Part shown: positions 18,921 to 27,672 of the stretch, piece by piece
How positions within the stretch are numbered: the first letter of the stretch is position 1
Layout of the letters: each line of letters begins with the position of its first letter
Position numbers and translations under genes: made by a program
Source: Gemmatimonadaceae bacterium
GTDB lineage: Bacteria > Gemmatimonadota > Gemmatimonadetes > Gemmatimonadales > Gemmatimonadaceae
Reading direction: 5' to 3'
Assembly (NCBI GenBank): GCA_033763905.1
Contig: JANRJP010000068.1
Span: forward strand, 1-44,860
DNA: 44,860 bases
Notes under the pieces: model-generated
Database searches by the model: none
What the model saw: the letters and a program-made list of their open reading frames with translations, nothing else
What the model was told of the DNA's origin: nothing

Positions 18921-19942
18921 GGTGTGCCCGCTGGGGTGCCGCGCGCGGTCTCGAGCGCGCGCAACGTGCGGACCAGCCATTGCGCCGCTTCCCCCATCCG
19001 CACGCCTGGCCGCCCAGTGAGGGCGGTATCGGCGACGATCACGCGACCCGCGCGCACCGCAGCGAGCGCACGATAGCGCGGATCGGCCAGCACACGATCT
19101 CGCGCGCGTGGCCCGACGACGAGCACCCACGGGTCGCGTGCCACCAACGACTCGAAGCCGACCTGCGGCGACGGCGCGGGCAGGTCGCCGAAGGCGTTGC
19201 GGGCGCCGACGGAGTCGATCAACTGACTGAGGAACGAGCCCGCACCGAGCACGATCAATGGCTGCTCCCACAGGCGCCACGCCACGGTCACGCGGGATGT
19301 CTCACGCGTGTCCGCGCCGGTGGATGCGCCGGGAGATGCACCGGTGGATGCGCCGGGAGCGGCGACCGCCGATCGCGCGAGCGCCGCAGCTCGCGCGATA
19401 CTGGCGAGCACCGAATCGCGCACCAACGCAGCGCCGACGGAATCGCCGAGCACGCGACCGAGCACCGTCGCGGTGGCGGCGAACTGCTCGATGCGATCGA
19501 CGCGCAACGCGAGCACCGGCACGCCCGCCGCCCGCAGCCGCGCCGCCGCGGCCCGATTGTCATCGGTGGCGTAGAGCAGCACCAGATCGGGACGCGTGGC
19601 CAGCACCGCTTCGACATTCGGGCGAATGCCGGGACCGACATCGGGAATGCTCGCGGCGGCGGCTGGGTACGTGTCCCACGTCGTGCGGCCGACCACGCGC
19701 GCCGTCGCGCCCATCGTGACCAAGAACTCGGTGGTCGCCGGGTTGAGCGACACGATCCGGCTCGCCGGTCGCGTCAACGTGGTCGTGTCGCCCGCATCGT
19801 CGACCACCCGCACCGTCGATGCGGCGCTCGCGGCACTGGCCGGCGCGTCCTCGTGCGCGCGCGATGCCGTGCGATCACACGCGCTGCTGAGCAGCAGCGC
19901 GCCGGCGGCAGGAACAACGACACGACGGACAGCAAACGACAC
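18917..19942 (-). CDS. btuF: Helical-backbone ABC substrate-binding lipoprotein (BtuF-like)
   Basis: SD GAGAGG then GTG at 19942; lipobox LLSSA-C; VDDAG..TLTRPASRIVSLNPATTE, PNVEAVLATRPDLV, RPGVR. Confidence 0.87.
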   Translation of the reverse strand: MSFAVRRVVVPAAGALLLSSACDRTASRAHEDAPASAASAASTVRVVDDAGDTTTLTRPASRIVSLNPATTEFLVTMGATARVVGRTTWDTYPAAAASIPDVGPGIRPNVEAVLATRPDLVLLYATDDNRAAAARLRAAGVPVLALRVDRIEQFAATATVLGRVLGDSVGAALVRDSVLASIARAAALARSAVAAPGASTGASPGASTGADTRETSRVTVAWRLWEQPLIVLGAGSFLSQLIDSVGARNAFGDLPAPSPQVGFESLVARDPWVLVVGPRARDRVLADPRYRALAAVRAGRVIVADTALTGRPGVRMGEAAQWLVRTLRALETARGTPAGTP

Positions 19943-20031
19943 GGGCGTCCTCTCGGAAACCGGAGAAGGACGCCCAGACAGCACAACGATGAAGCTCCCG
20001 CACAGGAGGAAGCCCCATCGCGGCGCCACCG

Positions 20032-20222
20032 AACCCTCCCCCGAGGGCTTGCAGTGACTCGAACGGGGGTCGTCTCCTGGCTCCGAAGTCCGTCGCACCA
20101 GCGGCGGTGGGGCTTCTCCCTTCCCGACGCAACGGCGTCAGTGGGCCTGCAGAAGCACCAATCTTCGATACAGTGGCGGGGCCGCGCCGGCGTTGCACCG
20201 GCTTCCGTGTCCCCCGAACGTT
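20032..20222 (-). promoter_or_regulatory. Cobalamin (B12) riboswitch
   Basis: Minus strand CGGAAG-CCGGTGCAACGCCGG-CGCGGCCCCGCCACTGTA ... CCCACTG-ACGCCGTTGCGTC-GGGAAGG ... B12 box GAGCCAGGAGAC; P1 CGGGGG/CCCCCG; P13 GCCCT-CGGGGG-AGGGT loop complementary to L5 CCCCG; upstream of btuFCDB. Confidence 0.95.
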
Positions 20223-20238
20223 CGCGGATTGTGTGCGG

Positions 20239-20267
20239 ACGTTACCGCGGCGTGTCGCGGGCCGCAA
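20239..20267 (-). promoter_or_regulatory. Sigma70-type promoter for the riboswitch/btu operon, overlapping the upstream stop codon
   Basis: TTGCGG (20267-20262), 17 nt, TAACGT (20244-20239). The -10 contains the TAA of the upstream gene and lies about 20 nt before riboswitch P1. Confidence 0.6.
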
Positions 20268-21441
20268 GGCGATCCGACAATTCCGCCTTGAGCGCCGCGC
20301 GACGCGTCTGGTACGCCGCACGCTCGGCATCGCTCGGCGCGCGCTGTCGCTCGAACGCGGCGTCGAGATCGGCGATCTGCCGTGCCAACTCTTCGGCCGC
20401 ATCCCCGCGGGCCGCCGCGAGTCCGCGCAGGCCGACGCTCGCCAATGGCGCACCGCGATCCGCCACCGGCAGATCATCGGACACCGGTGCGCGTCGTGCG
20501 CGAGCCGCCAAGCCTGCCAGCAGCGCGACGCCCACCGCGAGTGCCGCAATCCAGATCGTGGACGACGAACCGCCGATCCCGCGCACCGTGATGGTGCTGC
20601 CGGTCTCCACATCCTGCGCAAGCCAGCGGCGCAGCCCTCGGCCCTCGATCGTCACGCGCTCCTGTTCGACCAGGCCGCCGCCGGCAGCGACCGCCGCCGA
20701 GTCTTCCGCCAGCACCTCGAGCACCGCCGTGCGGGCGGGGACGGGAAACGCGAGCGGAAAGGCGCTCAGCGGCACCGTGTACGAGATGGCCAGCTGCCGA
20801 AGCCCGGGCGCAATCGGCGCATTGACGCGCACGCGGCCCGCCGTGAACCGCATCGCGTCGGCGGGAATATCCCCTCGACCCGCGGTTGGCGACTCCGCCG
20901 CCTCGGGCAGCACCGTCGTGAAGGTGGCCCCCGAGTCGGGTGAGACGCGGGTGGTGGGCCCGGTGTTCTCGATCTCGTACACCTCGACCACCGTGCGGCG
21001 ATCGCGCCCACCCCCACGTTGCACGATCAGGTGCCGTCCACGCACGACGATCGGCGGCCCGGCGCTCGCGGTATCGAACGCGACGATGTCGGCAGCCCCC
21101 TCGCGCGCCACGGCGCTCCGCACGGGTGACGAGAAGTACGCGATGCCGTGATGCACCGACGAGACGAACACGAAGACGCCCTCTGCCGGCGCTTCACGCC
21201 AACGAAAGCGGAACGCGCCGGTGGCCGACGTGCGCACCGAGTCGAGCGGGCCGGCGGTATCGGGCGCCACGCGATGCAGGACCACCCAGGCGTTCGCCAA
21301 GGGCGCCGGCCCGCCCTCGCGCGAGACCGTCAGGGTCCCGTCGATCTCGCGCGAGACCGCCTGCGCATCGAGCGAGACCACCGCGAATGGCACGCAGACG
21401 AGGCTGGTGACCAGCCCCGCAACGACACGACAGATCGACAT
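20242..21441 (-). CDS. Hypothetical exported/membrane-anchored protein with N-terminal Ig-like (carboxypeptidase-regulatory-like) domain
   Basis: Signal peptide (SLDA-Q), beta-rich domain (VVLHRV...DSVRTSATGAFRF), one C-proximal TM helix, helical tail; start coupled to the DUF151 stop. Confidence 0.75.
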   Translation of the reverse strand: MSICRVVAGLVTSLVCVPFAVVSLDAQAVSREIDGTLTVSREGGPAPLANAWVVLHRVAPDTAGPLDSVRTSATGAFRFRWREAPAEGVFVFVSSVHHGIAYFSSPVRSAVAREGAADIVAFDTASAGPPIVVRGRHLIVQRGGGRDRRTVVEVYEIENTGPTTRVSPDSGATFTTVLPEAAESPTAGRGDIPADAMRFTAGRVRVNAPIAPGLRQLAISYTVPLSAFPLAFPVPARTAVLEVLAEDSAAVAAGGGLVEQERVTIEGRGLRRWLAQDVETGSTITVRGIGGSSSTIWIAALAVGVALLAGLAARARRAPVSDDLPVADRGAPLASVGLRGLAAARGDAAEELARQIADLDAAFERQRAPSDAERAAYQTRRAALKAELSDRLAARDTPR

Positions 21442-21950
21442 CACAAGCTGAATTTTCCGAAGTCTTCGGGACGCAGTCCCTGGAGGTATTCCTTCAACGC
21501 TTCCCCGTCGTCATCCGGCGGCACGCGGAGGTCGGGCTCGTTCCCTTCCCCCTCGTCGTCGTCGTCGGGCGCGCGGAGCAGCGTGTCCTGCACGAAGATC
21601 GGCGCGCCAAGCCGAAGCGCGAGTGCCAGCGAATCACTCGGCCGCGCGTCGACGGTCACCAGCTGATCCGCGCGCAGCAGATGCAGCTCGGCGTAGTACG
21701 TGCTCTGCTGCACGCGCGTGATCTGGACGCGCCGCAACACGCCACCGAGCCCGACGACGATCGACCGCATCAGATCGTGCGACATCGGCCGTTCGCGCTT
21801 GACGCTGTGCAGATGCGCGGCAATCGCCTCGGCTTCGGGCTGTCCGATCCAGATCGGCAGAAAGCGACGTCCCTCGCGTTCCTGCAGAATCACGACGTGC
21901 GAGTTGGTGCTGGCGTCGAGCCCGAGGCGGGCCACCGTGACTTCCACCAT
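21441..21950 (-). CDS. Bifunctional nuclease family protein (DUF151)
   Basis: VVILQE..RRFLPIWIGQPEAEAI, RPMSHDL, DARPSDSLALALR..APIFV. Confidence 0.92.
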   Translation of the reverse strand: MVEVTVARLGLDASTNSHVVILQEREGRRFLPIWIGQPEAEAIAAHLHSVKRERPMSHDLMRSIVVGLGGVLRRVQITRVQQSTYYAELHLLRADQLVTVDARPSDSLALALRLGAPIFVQDTLLRAPDDDDEGEGNEPDLRVPPDDDGEALKEYLQGLRPEDFGKFSL

Positions 21951-21954
21951 CGGT

Positions 21955-23754
21955 TCAGCCCGCGCCTGCGGCCGCGTCGCTCACGCGGATGCCGGGCAGG
22001 CCCAGCGCGGCCAGTTCGCGATCGCTGAAGGCCGCGCGCAGGCGCTGCCGCAGGAAATGCGTCGCTTCATCGGCGGTGCTCGCGCACATCGCGCCGTGCG
22101 CCGCCTCTGCAGCCAGCGACTCGGTCACGCCGCGCAGCACGCGCTTCACCCGAGCGACCGACGCGGCCGAGACCGAGAGATGCCGCAATCCGAGCCCGAC
22201 GAGCGCGAACGCCATCAGCGGCTCCGACGCCATTTCGCCGCAGACCGCGACCTCGATCCCGTGGGCAGCACCAACCTCGGCGACGCGCGCAATCAAGCGC
22301 AGGACGGCCGGATGCAGCGGCGTGAACCGCGACGACAGGTTCGCGTTGCCGCGATCGACCGCGAGCGTGTACTGCACGAGGTCATTGGTGCCGATCGAGA
22401 AGAACGACACATCCTTCACCAGCGTGTCGGCGGCAATCGCGGCGGCCGGTGTTTCGATCATCACGCCGAGCGGAAGATCCCGCTTGAAGGGCACGCCGGC
22501 AGCCTCCAGTTCGGCCGCCGCCTCGTGCAGCAGGGCGCGCGTCCGCCGGACTTCGTCGACCGTGACGACGAGCGGCAGCATCACCCGCACATCCCCCGCG
22601 AGCCCCGCCCGCAACAGGGCCCGGAGCTGCACCTTGAAGAGCTCCGGCTGATCGAGACACATCCGGATCGCGCGCCACCCCAGGAACGGATTGGCCTCGG
22701 TCGGATACCCACCCACCGGCAACTTGTCGCCGCCGATGTCATAGGTGCGAATCACCACCGGACGACCCGCAAAGGTCTCGGCGACTCGACGATACGCGCG
22801 CAGCTGCTCCTCTTCGTCCGGCATCGTCGGTCGACCGACCACGAGGAACTCGGTGCGGAAGAGCCCGACACCTTCCGCACCGCTGGTGGCCGCCTGCTCG
22901 GCTTCTTCGGGGAGATCCACGTTCGCGCGCACGACGATCCGGACGCCGTCCGCAGTGACCGCTTCGCCCTTGGCTTCACGCGCGAGCTCTTCGGCCGCCG
23001 TCGCTTCGCGCACCGCGCGCTGCCGGTACTGCTTGACCTCGGCGGGCGTCGGATTGACGATGAGCATCCCCGAGGTGCCGTCGAGCACGGCCAGCTCGCC
23101 GCCGCGGAGACGCGTGGTGGCATCGCGCAGGCCAACGATGGCCGGCATCCCCAGCGAGCGCGCGAGGATGGCGACGTGTGACGTCCGTGTGCCTTCGTCG
23201 GTGGCAATCGCGGCGATCGCCGAGCGATCGAACTGGACCGTGAGCGACGGCGTCAGATCGTGCGTGACGAGAATCGCCCCCGCGCCGGGCGCGAGGTCGA
23301 CCGGATCGTGGTCGGGCAGATCGAGCAGCACCGACAGCAACCGGATGTGCAGGTCAACCAGATCGCGCTCGCGTTCGCGGATCATCGGCTGGGCGTGGCG
23401 CGCAAACGACTGCCGCCACTCGAGGAGCACGAGATCCACCGCCTTCTCGGCGACGATGTTCTGCCGGATCAGGCCTTCGATCCGCGAGAGCAGTTCGACA
23501 TCCTCGAGAATCGACAGCTGGACGTCGAAGATCGCGGCTTCTTCCGGACCCGCGTGCGCTTCGGCGCGGGCACGCACCACGAGCAGCCGCTGCCGCGTCG
23601 CGGCCAGCGCCTCGTGCAGCCGGGCGATTTCCCGCGGCACGTCGGCGGCATCGACGACGGCGTGCCGGACCTCCGGCACCTCCCACCGCAGCAGGTGGAC
23701 CGGGCCGATGACGATCCCCGGCGACGCCGGACTCCCGGCGATCGCGCGCTCCAC
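21955..23754 (-). CDS. ptsI: Phosphoenolpyruvate-protein phosphotransferase (PTS enzyme I)
   Basis: RTSHVAILAR (phospho-His), GVGLFRTEF, EANPFLGWRAIR, FSIGTNDLVQY, VCGEMA; no GAF domain. Confidence 0.96.
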   Translation of the reverse strand: MERAIAGSPASPGIVIGPVHLLRWEVPEVRHAVVDAADVPREIARLHEALAATRQRLLVVRARAEAHAGPEEAAIFDVQLSILEDVELLSRIEGLIRQNIVAEKAVDLVLLEWRQSFARHAQPMIRERERDLVDLHIRLLSVLLDLPDHDPVDLAPGAGAILVTHDLTPSLTVQFDRSAIAAIATDEGTRTSHVAILARSLGMPAIVGLRDATTRLRGGELAVLDGTSGMLIVNPTPAEVKQYRQRAVREATAAEELAREAKGEAVTADGVRIVVRANVDLPEEAEQAATSGAEGVGLFRTEFLVVGRPTMPDEEEQLRAYRRVAETFAGRPVVIRTYDIGGDKLPVGGYPTEANPFLGWRAIRMCLDQPELFKVQLRALLRAGLAGDVRVMLPLVVTVDEVRRTRALLHEAAAELEAAGVPFKRDLPLGVMIETPAAAIAADTLVKDVSFFSIGTNDLVQYTLAVDRGNANLSSRFTPLHPAVLRLIARVAEVGAAHGIEVAVCGEMASEPLMAFALVGLGLRHLSVSAASVARVKRVLRGVTESLAAEAAHGAMCASTADEATHFLRQRLRAAFSDRELAALGLPGIRVSDAAAGAG

Positions 23755-24024
23755 TCAGGACTCGCCGAACTTCGAGTCCACGACAAGCACCAGGGCATCG
23801 AGCGCGGCATCGGCGTCGGGGCCGCGCGCCCGGAGAATGAGCTCTGCCCCCTGTTCGGCGGCGAGCATCATCACGCCCATAATGCTCTTGCCGTTCACCT
23901 CCACGTCGTCTCGGGCAATGGTGATCTCGGACGCGAAGCGCGCGGCCGTCTTCACCAGCTCGGCAGCGGGTCGCGCGTGGATGCCCGCCCGGTTCTTCAC
24001 GACGATGATGCGTTCGGCCGTCAT
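23755..24024 (-). CDS. ptsH: Phosphocarrier protein HPr
   Basis: GIHARPAA (His15), NGKSIMGVMML (Ser46). Confidence 0.96.
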   Translation of the reverse strand: MTAERIIVVKNRAGIHARPAAELVKTAARFASEITIARDDVEVNGKSIMGVMMLAAEQGAELILRARGPDADAALDALVLVVDSKFGES

Positions 24025-24806
24025 AGGACCACGAGGGATACGAGGAGAAGCGTGACGAGCAGCGTCAGTGCCGCCGTCCAGCCGTGAATGCGTCCGTGCA
24101 ATCGTGCCACCACATAGCCCGCCGGCAACGCGGCGGCGAGCACCAGCGCGCCTTCGACCGCGTCACCCGGCAGGACCCGCCCCACGACCAGCGGCAGTGC
24201 CAGCCCCGCCAGCACCGCCGCCGCACGCCCGATGTGCGCCGCCCCATCGCGCAGCACGGGGCCACCCAGCGCCGCCGCGACCTGCCGTCCGCGCCGCCAG
24301 CCTTCGGACAAGCCCCACGCCCGAAGCGCGACGTGGCCGAGATTGTACGAAATCACGAACGCCGCCACCGCGCCAGCGCCTCCGGCCCCCAATCCAAACG
24401 CGAGCAGGCCGAGTAGTGCACACGCGGGCAACCACGCCGCCCACACGAGTCGGTCACCCACGCTGCCCAAGGGCCCGCACAGGGCCTGCCGGAACCTGGT
24501 GATGGCCGCCGGCGGCTCGCCATCGATCTCCATTCGCGCCAAGGCGCCAACCGCCATCGAGGCAAAGTAGGGATGGCAGTTGAAGAACTGCGCGTGGCGC
24601 GCCAGCGCTTCGCGGTAGGGCCGCCCACCGACGCCTCCCGGCAACAGCCGCAACGCGGGCTCGATCGCGTAGGCGATGCCGGGCCCCACCATCTGCTCGT
24701 AGCTCCAGGTCCCCTGGACGACGAAGCAGCGGGCCAGCATCGTGGCGCGCGTGCCCAGCGGCAGTGCGTCGCGCACCGGCTCCGTCACCGCCGCGTCCGT
24801 GCTCAC
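24021..24806 (-). CDS. PTS mannose/fructose/sorbose family IID component
   Basis: VQGTWSYEQMVGPG, RHAQFFNCHPY, GPLGSVGDRLVW. The GTG start overlaps the IIC stop. Confidence 0.9.
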   Translation of the reverse strand: MSTDAAVTEPVRDALPLGTRATMLARCFVVQGTWSYEQMVGPGIAYAIEPALRLLPGGVGGRPYREALARHAQFFNCHPYFASMAVGALARMEIDGEPPAAITRFRQALCGPLGSVGDRLVWAAWLPACALLGLLAFGLGAGGAGAVAAFVISYNLGHVALRAWGLSEGWRRGRQVAAALGGPVLRDGAAHIGRAAAVLAGLALPLVVGRVLPGDAVEGALVLAAALPAGYVVARLHGRIHGWTAALTLLVTLLLVSLVVL

Positions 24807-25489
24807 GCCCAACGCCCCCACGCGAGCAGCGTCCCCACGGCCAGCGCCGCAACAAAGAGCACTCGCGCCCGCGCCGCGCCGTGAAACATCTGCCGCGTTG
24901 CGGAGCCGGCGACCATCATCGCGGACACGGCACCAAACGCGACCGTCGTCGTCGCATCGGTGGTCCAACGTGCCGCCACCAGCGCCGACAGGGGGACGAG
25001 GGCCAGCCCGGCGGCCACCACCAGCGCGCCGCGCACGGCGTCGGTGGCAATGCCGAGCGCCAGCAGCCGACCGGCCGTCCCCGGCACACCGTCGTCGAGG
25101 GACTCCCGCGCACGCGCGATGCGGCGTCCGTTCGCGTGCCGCAACACGACCATCGACTGGCCCCCGACCCACCCCGTGACAAGCCCACCGACGAGCGCGA
25201 GTACGAAGGCGGGCGCGAACGGAGTCACCGTCGCCGCGATCGTCCCCGCCACGATGCCGGCGGGCGCCCAATCGGGGTAGCGTGACGCGCCCACCGGGAG
25301 CGTTTCAAGCGCGATCGCTTCGAGGAAGACGCCGGCAACTGTCGCCGGCCAGAGGGCGCCGCAGACCCACCCGGCCAGCACCGCGCCGACGAGCGGGCGC
25401 GACAGCATCCCCTGTCCCACCGTCACCGAGTCCAGACTGAGCGCGGTGCCGACGGCAAGCAACGTGGCCAGGACCTCGGGCGACGGCAT
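24803..25489 (-). CDS. PTS mannose/fructose/sorbose family IIC component
   Basis: LD....GQGMLSRPLVGAVLAG, GVFLE...ETLPVGASRYPD; hydrophobic. Start is ATG 25489 or GTG 25492. Confidence 0.88.
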   Translation of the reverse strand: MPSPEVLATLLAVGTALSLDSVTVGQGMLSRPLVGAVLAGWVCGALWPATVAGVFLEAIALETLPVGASRYPDWAPAGIVAGTIAATVTPFAPAFVLALVGGLVTGWVGGQSMVVLRHANGRRIARARESLDDGVPGTAGRLLALGIATDAVRGALVVAAGLALVPLSALVAARWTTDATTTVAFGAVSAMMVAGSATRQMFHGAARARVLFVAALAVGTLLAWGRWA

Positions 25490-25968
25490 CACGAGCCGAT
25501 CCATTCCGCCAACGGTGCCGGTCGAGTGCCCGGGACATCCTGCGCGACGATCTCGACGCCCTCGGACGCCAACGACTGCAGGCGATCGTGGTCGGCGGGA
25601 TCGAGAAACACGTACGTGAGCCGTTCCTTGCGCCCCGGTGCCGCGTGAAGGCCCCCCAACGTCACTCGACGGATCGCCGGCACCTGCCGGACCAGCCGCG
25701 CCATCGTGTCGACATCAGCGGTCAGCAGCAAGCCGGGACGCGCGTCCGACGCCCAGCCCGCGTGCTGCGCCGCCGCGTCCGACACGGTGCGAAAGCTCAC
25801 CTGCAGCTCGGGCGGCGCCGCCATCTTGTACAGCTCCTGCTCCCACGGCGACTCGGCGAGCGCGTCGTCGACGACGACGAGAAACGCCAAGTCCAGCGGT
25901 TGGCCCCAGCCGACCACGACCTGGCCGTGCACGAGGCGATCGTCGACCCGGTACCCTTCAAGCGGCAC
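25489..25968 (-). CDS. PTS mannose/fructose/sorbose family IIB component
   Basis: RVDDRLVHGQVVVGW phospho-His motif; LGGLH; QDVP. Confidence 0.93.
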   Translation of the reverse strand: MPLEGYRVDDRLVHGQVVVGWGQPLDLAFLVVVDDALAESPWEQELYKMAAPPELQVSFRTVSDAAAQHAGWASDARPGLLLTADVDTMARLVRQVPAIRRVTLGGLHAAPGRKERLTYVFLDPADHDRLQSLASEGVEIVAQDVPGTRPAPLAEWIGS

Positions 25969-26347
25969 CGGTGCCTCCGGGCCAGGCTAGCATCGCCGCG
26001 CGGCCCTTATCGACGGCCGCTGCGGCGTCCGGGGCATCCTGCATCGCGAACTCGAGCAGCGCCGCGAGGTTCACGCCCGCCACGACGGTGAGCGTCGGCT
26101 GCTCTCGCTGCAGGCGGCGCGCCGCCAACGTGGCACTCCCTGCCGGCAGGTCGGTGAAGATCACCTGCGCGCCCTCGTCGGCGACTAGCGCCCGCAGCGC
26201 GGCGAGCAAGGTGTCGGCCCCGTGACCGGCGTTCGACAGCGGCACGAAGCGGTCACCGCGCCCGGCGATCACCTGGACCGCCGACACGAGCCCGTGCGCG
26301 ACATCGGCGTGACCGGCCAAGACCGCCCGCGGACGATTACTCGTCAT
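25958..26347 (-). CDS. PTS mannose/fructose family IIA component
   Basis: VLAGHADVAHGL, IFTDLPAGS, AGVNLAALLE; start ATG 26347. Confidence 0.88.
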   Translation of the reverse strand: MTSNRPRAVLAGHADVAHGLVSAVQVIAGRGDRFVPLSNAGHGADTLLAALRALVADEGAQVIFTDLPAGSATLAARRLQREQPTLTVVAGVNLAALLEFAMQDAPDAAAAVDKGRAAMLAWPGGTGAA

Positions 26348-27353
26348 CCTCGAGCAGGTAGCGCCCGACATCGGCGCGGCTCACCGGCGCGTCGGGCGGC
26401 GGCGCGTCGTCGCCCGCCTTGGCACGCAGCTTGGCCATCAGGCGGTCATTGAAGGACTCTGCCGCGTGCACGCCGCTGTACTTGAGCAGGTGATTCATCG
26501 CGATCACTTCGGCGATCACGGTGAGGTTCTTGCCCGGATTGAGCGGCACGGTGATCTGCGGAATCTCGACATCCAGAATGCGCGTGAACTCGCCGTCGAG
26601 CCCGGTGCGATCGACGTGAGCGTCCTGGTTCCAGGGCTCGAGCCGCACGACCACTTCAATGCGCTTCTGCTGACGCACCGCGCGAATGCCGAACAGCGAC
26701 GGAATGTCGATGATGCCGATGCCGCGAATCTCCATATGGTGCCGCGCCATCTCGTGCCCACGACCGATGAGGATGTCGCTGCCACGGCGCGTCGTCACGA
26801 CGAGATCATCGGCCACCAACCGATGGCCGCGCTCGACGAGATCGAGCACGCACTCCGACTTGCCGATGCCGCTCGGGCCGGTCACGAGCAATCCGACGCC
26901 GTACACATCGGCGAGCGACCCGTGAATCGTCGTCTGCGCGGCGAACTCGGCTTCGAGCACCGGATTGATGCGCCGATAGAATTCCGCCGTGCGCAACGCG
27001 GTGCGGACGACCGGCACGCCAGCGGCTGCAGCCAACTCGGCGAGCGGCTCGGGGATCGGCAGCCCCTTGGTGACGAAGACGATCGGCACCGGGAACTTGA
27101 AGAACAACGCCAGCACCTCGCGCCGCTTGGCGTCATCGAGGGTGCCGAGATAGGTGATCTCGGTTTCGCCCATCACCTGGACCCGCTCGTGCACGAAGCG
27201 TCCGGTGAATCCGGCCAGCACCAGGCCGGGCGCCGCCGCTTCGGCGGAGGTTAGGATGCGCCCGAGGTCGCCTTCGACGACGACCTCGAGCGCGAGCGGC
27301 TCACGGAGCCGCTCCAGGAGACGGCGAGCGGTGAGCGCCGTCTTCGGCGTCAC
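26337..27353 (-). CDS. hprK: HPr(Ser) kinase/phosphorylase
   Basis: IHGSLADVYGVG, GPSGIGKSE, RGHRLVADD, MEIRGIGII, PGKN. Confidence 0.97.
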   Translation of the reverse strand: MTPKTALTARRLLERLREPLALEVVVEGDLGRILTSAEAAAPGLVLAGFTGRFVHERVQVMGETEITYLGTLDDAKRREVLALFFKFPVPIVFVTKGLPIPEPLAELAAAAGVPVVRTALRTAEFYRRINPVLEAEFAAQTTIHGSLADVYGVGLLVTGPSGIGKSECVLDLVERGHRLVADDLVVTTRRGSDILIGRGHEMARHHMEIRGIGIIDIPSLFGIRAVRQQKRIEVVVRLEPWNQDAHVDRTGLDGEFTRILDVEIPQITVPLNPGKNLTVIAEVIAMNHLLKYSGVHAAESFNDRLMAKLRAKAGDDAPPPDAPVSRADVGRYLLEDDE

Positions 27354-27670
27354 GCCGCCGCAGCTTTGCGGAGCGCGCGTCGCGAACTCACGTTCTTGTC
27401 GTGCTCGGCCCGCACTTCACGCTCGAGCCGGGCAATGGCCTGCGAGAAGGCGCCGCCGAAGAACTTGCCCCGCCCTTCCGCCACCAACGGCCGCCGCTTG
27501 GGCGCCCGCAGTTCGAGCTCGACCCGTCGCTCCGCACCGTCTTCCTCGAAGCGGATGACCGCGTCCACGGTCCGCTTCAGGCGATCGGCGAGCTTGCGCA
27601 CCGCGCGCTCGGCGCGCTGCCGCATCGACATCGAGATGTTGGCGTGATGCACGTGCAGGATGATCTCCAC
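27350..27670 (-). CDS. hpf: Ribosome hibernation promoting factor (HPF/RaiA family, short form)
   Basis: SD GAGGAGG then GTG at 27670; MEIILHVHHANIS..MRQRAERAVRKL...LVAEG......AFSQAIARLEREV; typical position before hprK. Confidence 0.8.
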   Translation of the reverse strand: MEIILHVHHANISMSMRQRAERAVRKLADRLKRTVDAVIRFEEDGAERRVELELRAPKRRPLVAEGRGKFFGGAFSQAIARLEREVRAEHDKNVSSRRALRKAAAA

Positions 27671-27672
27671 GC

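Noticed and set aside
19943..20098. N-terminal extension of btuF in the ORF track
   Set aside because: It overlaps the riboswitch; the SD, GTG at 19942 and lipoprotein signal define the real start.
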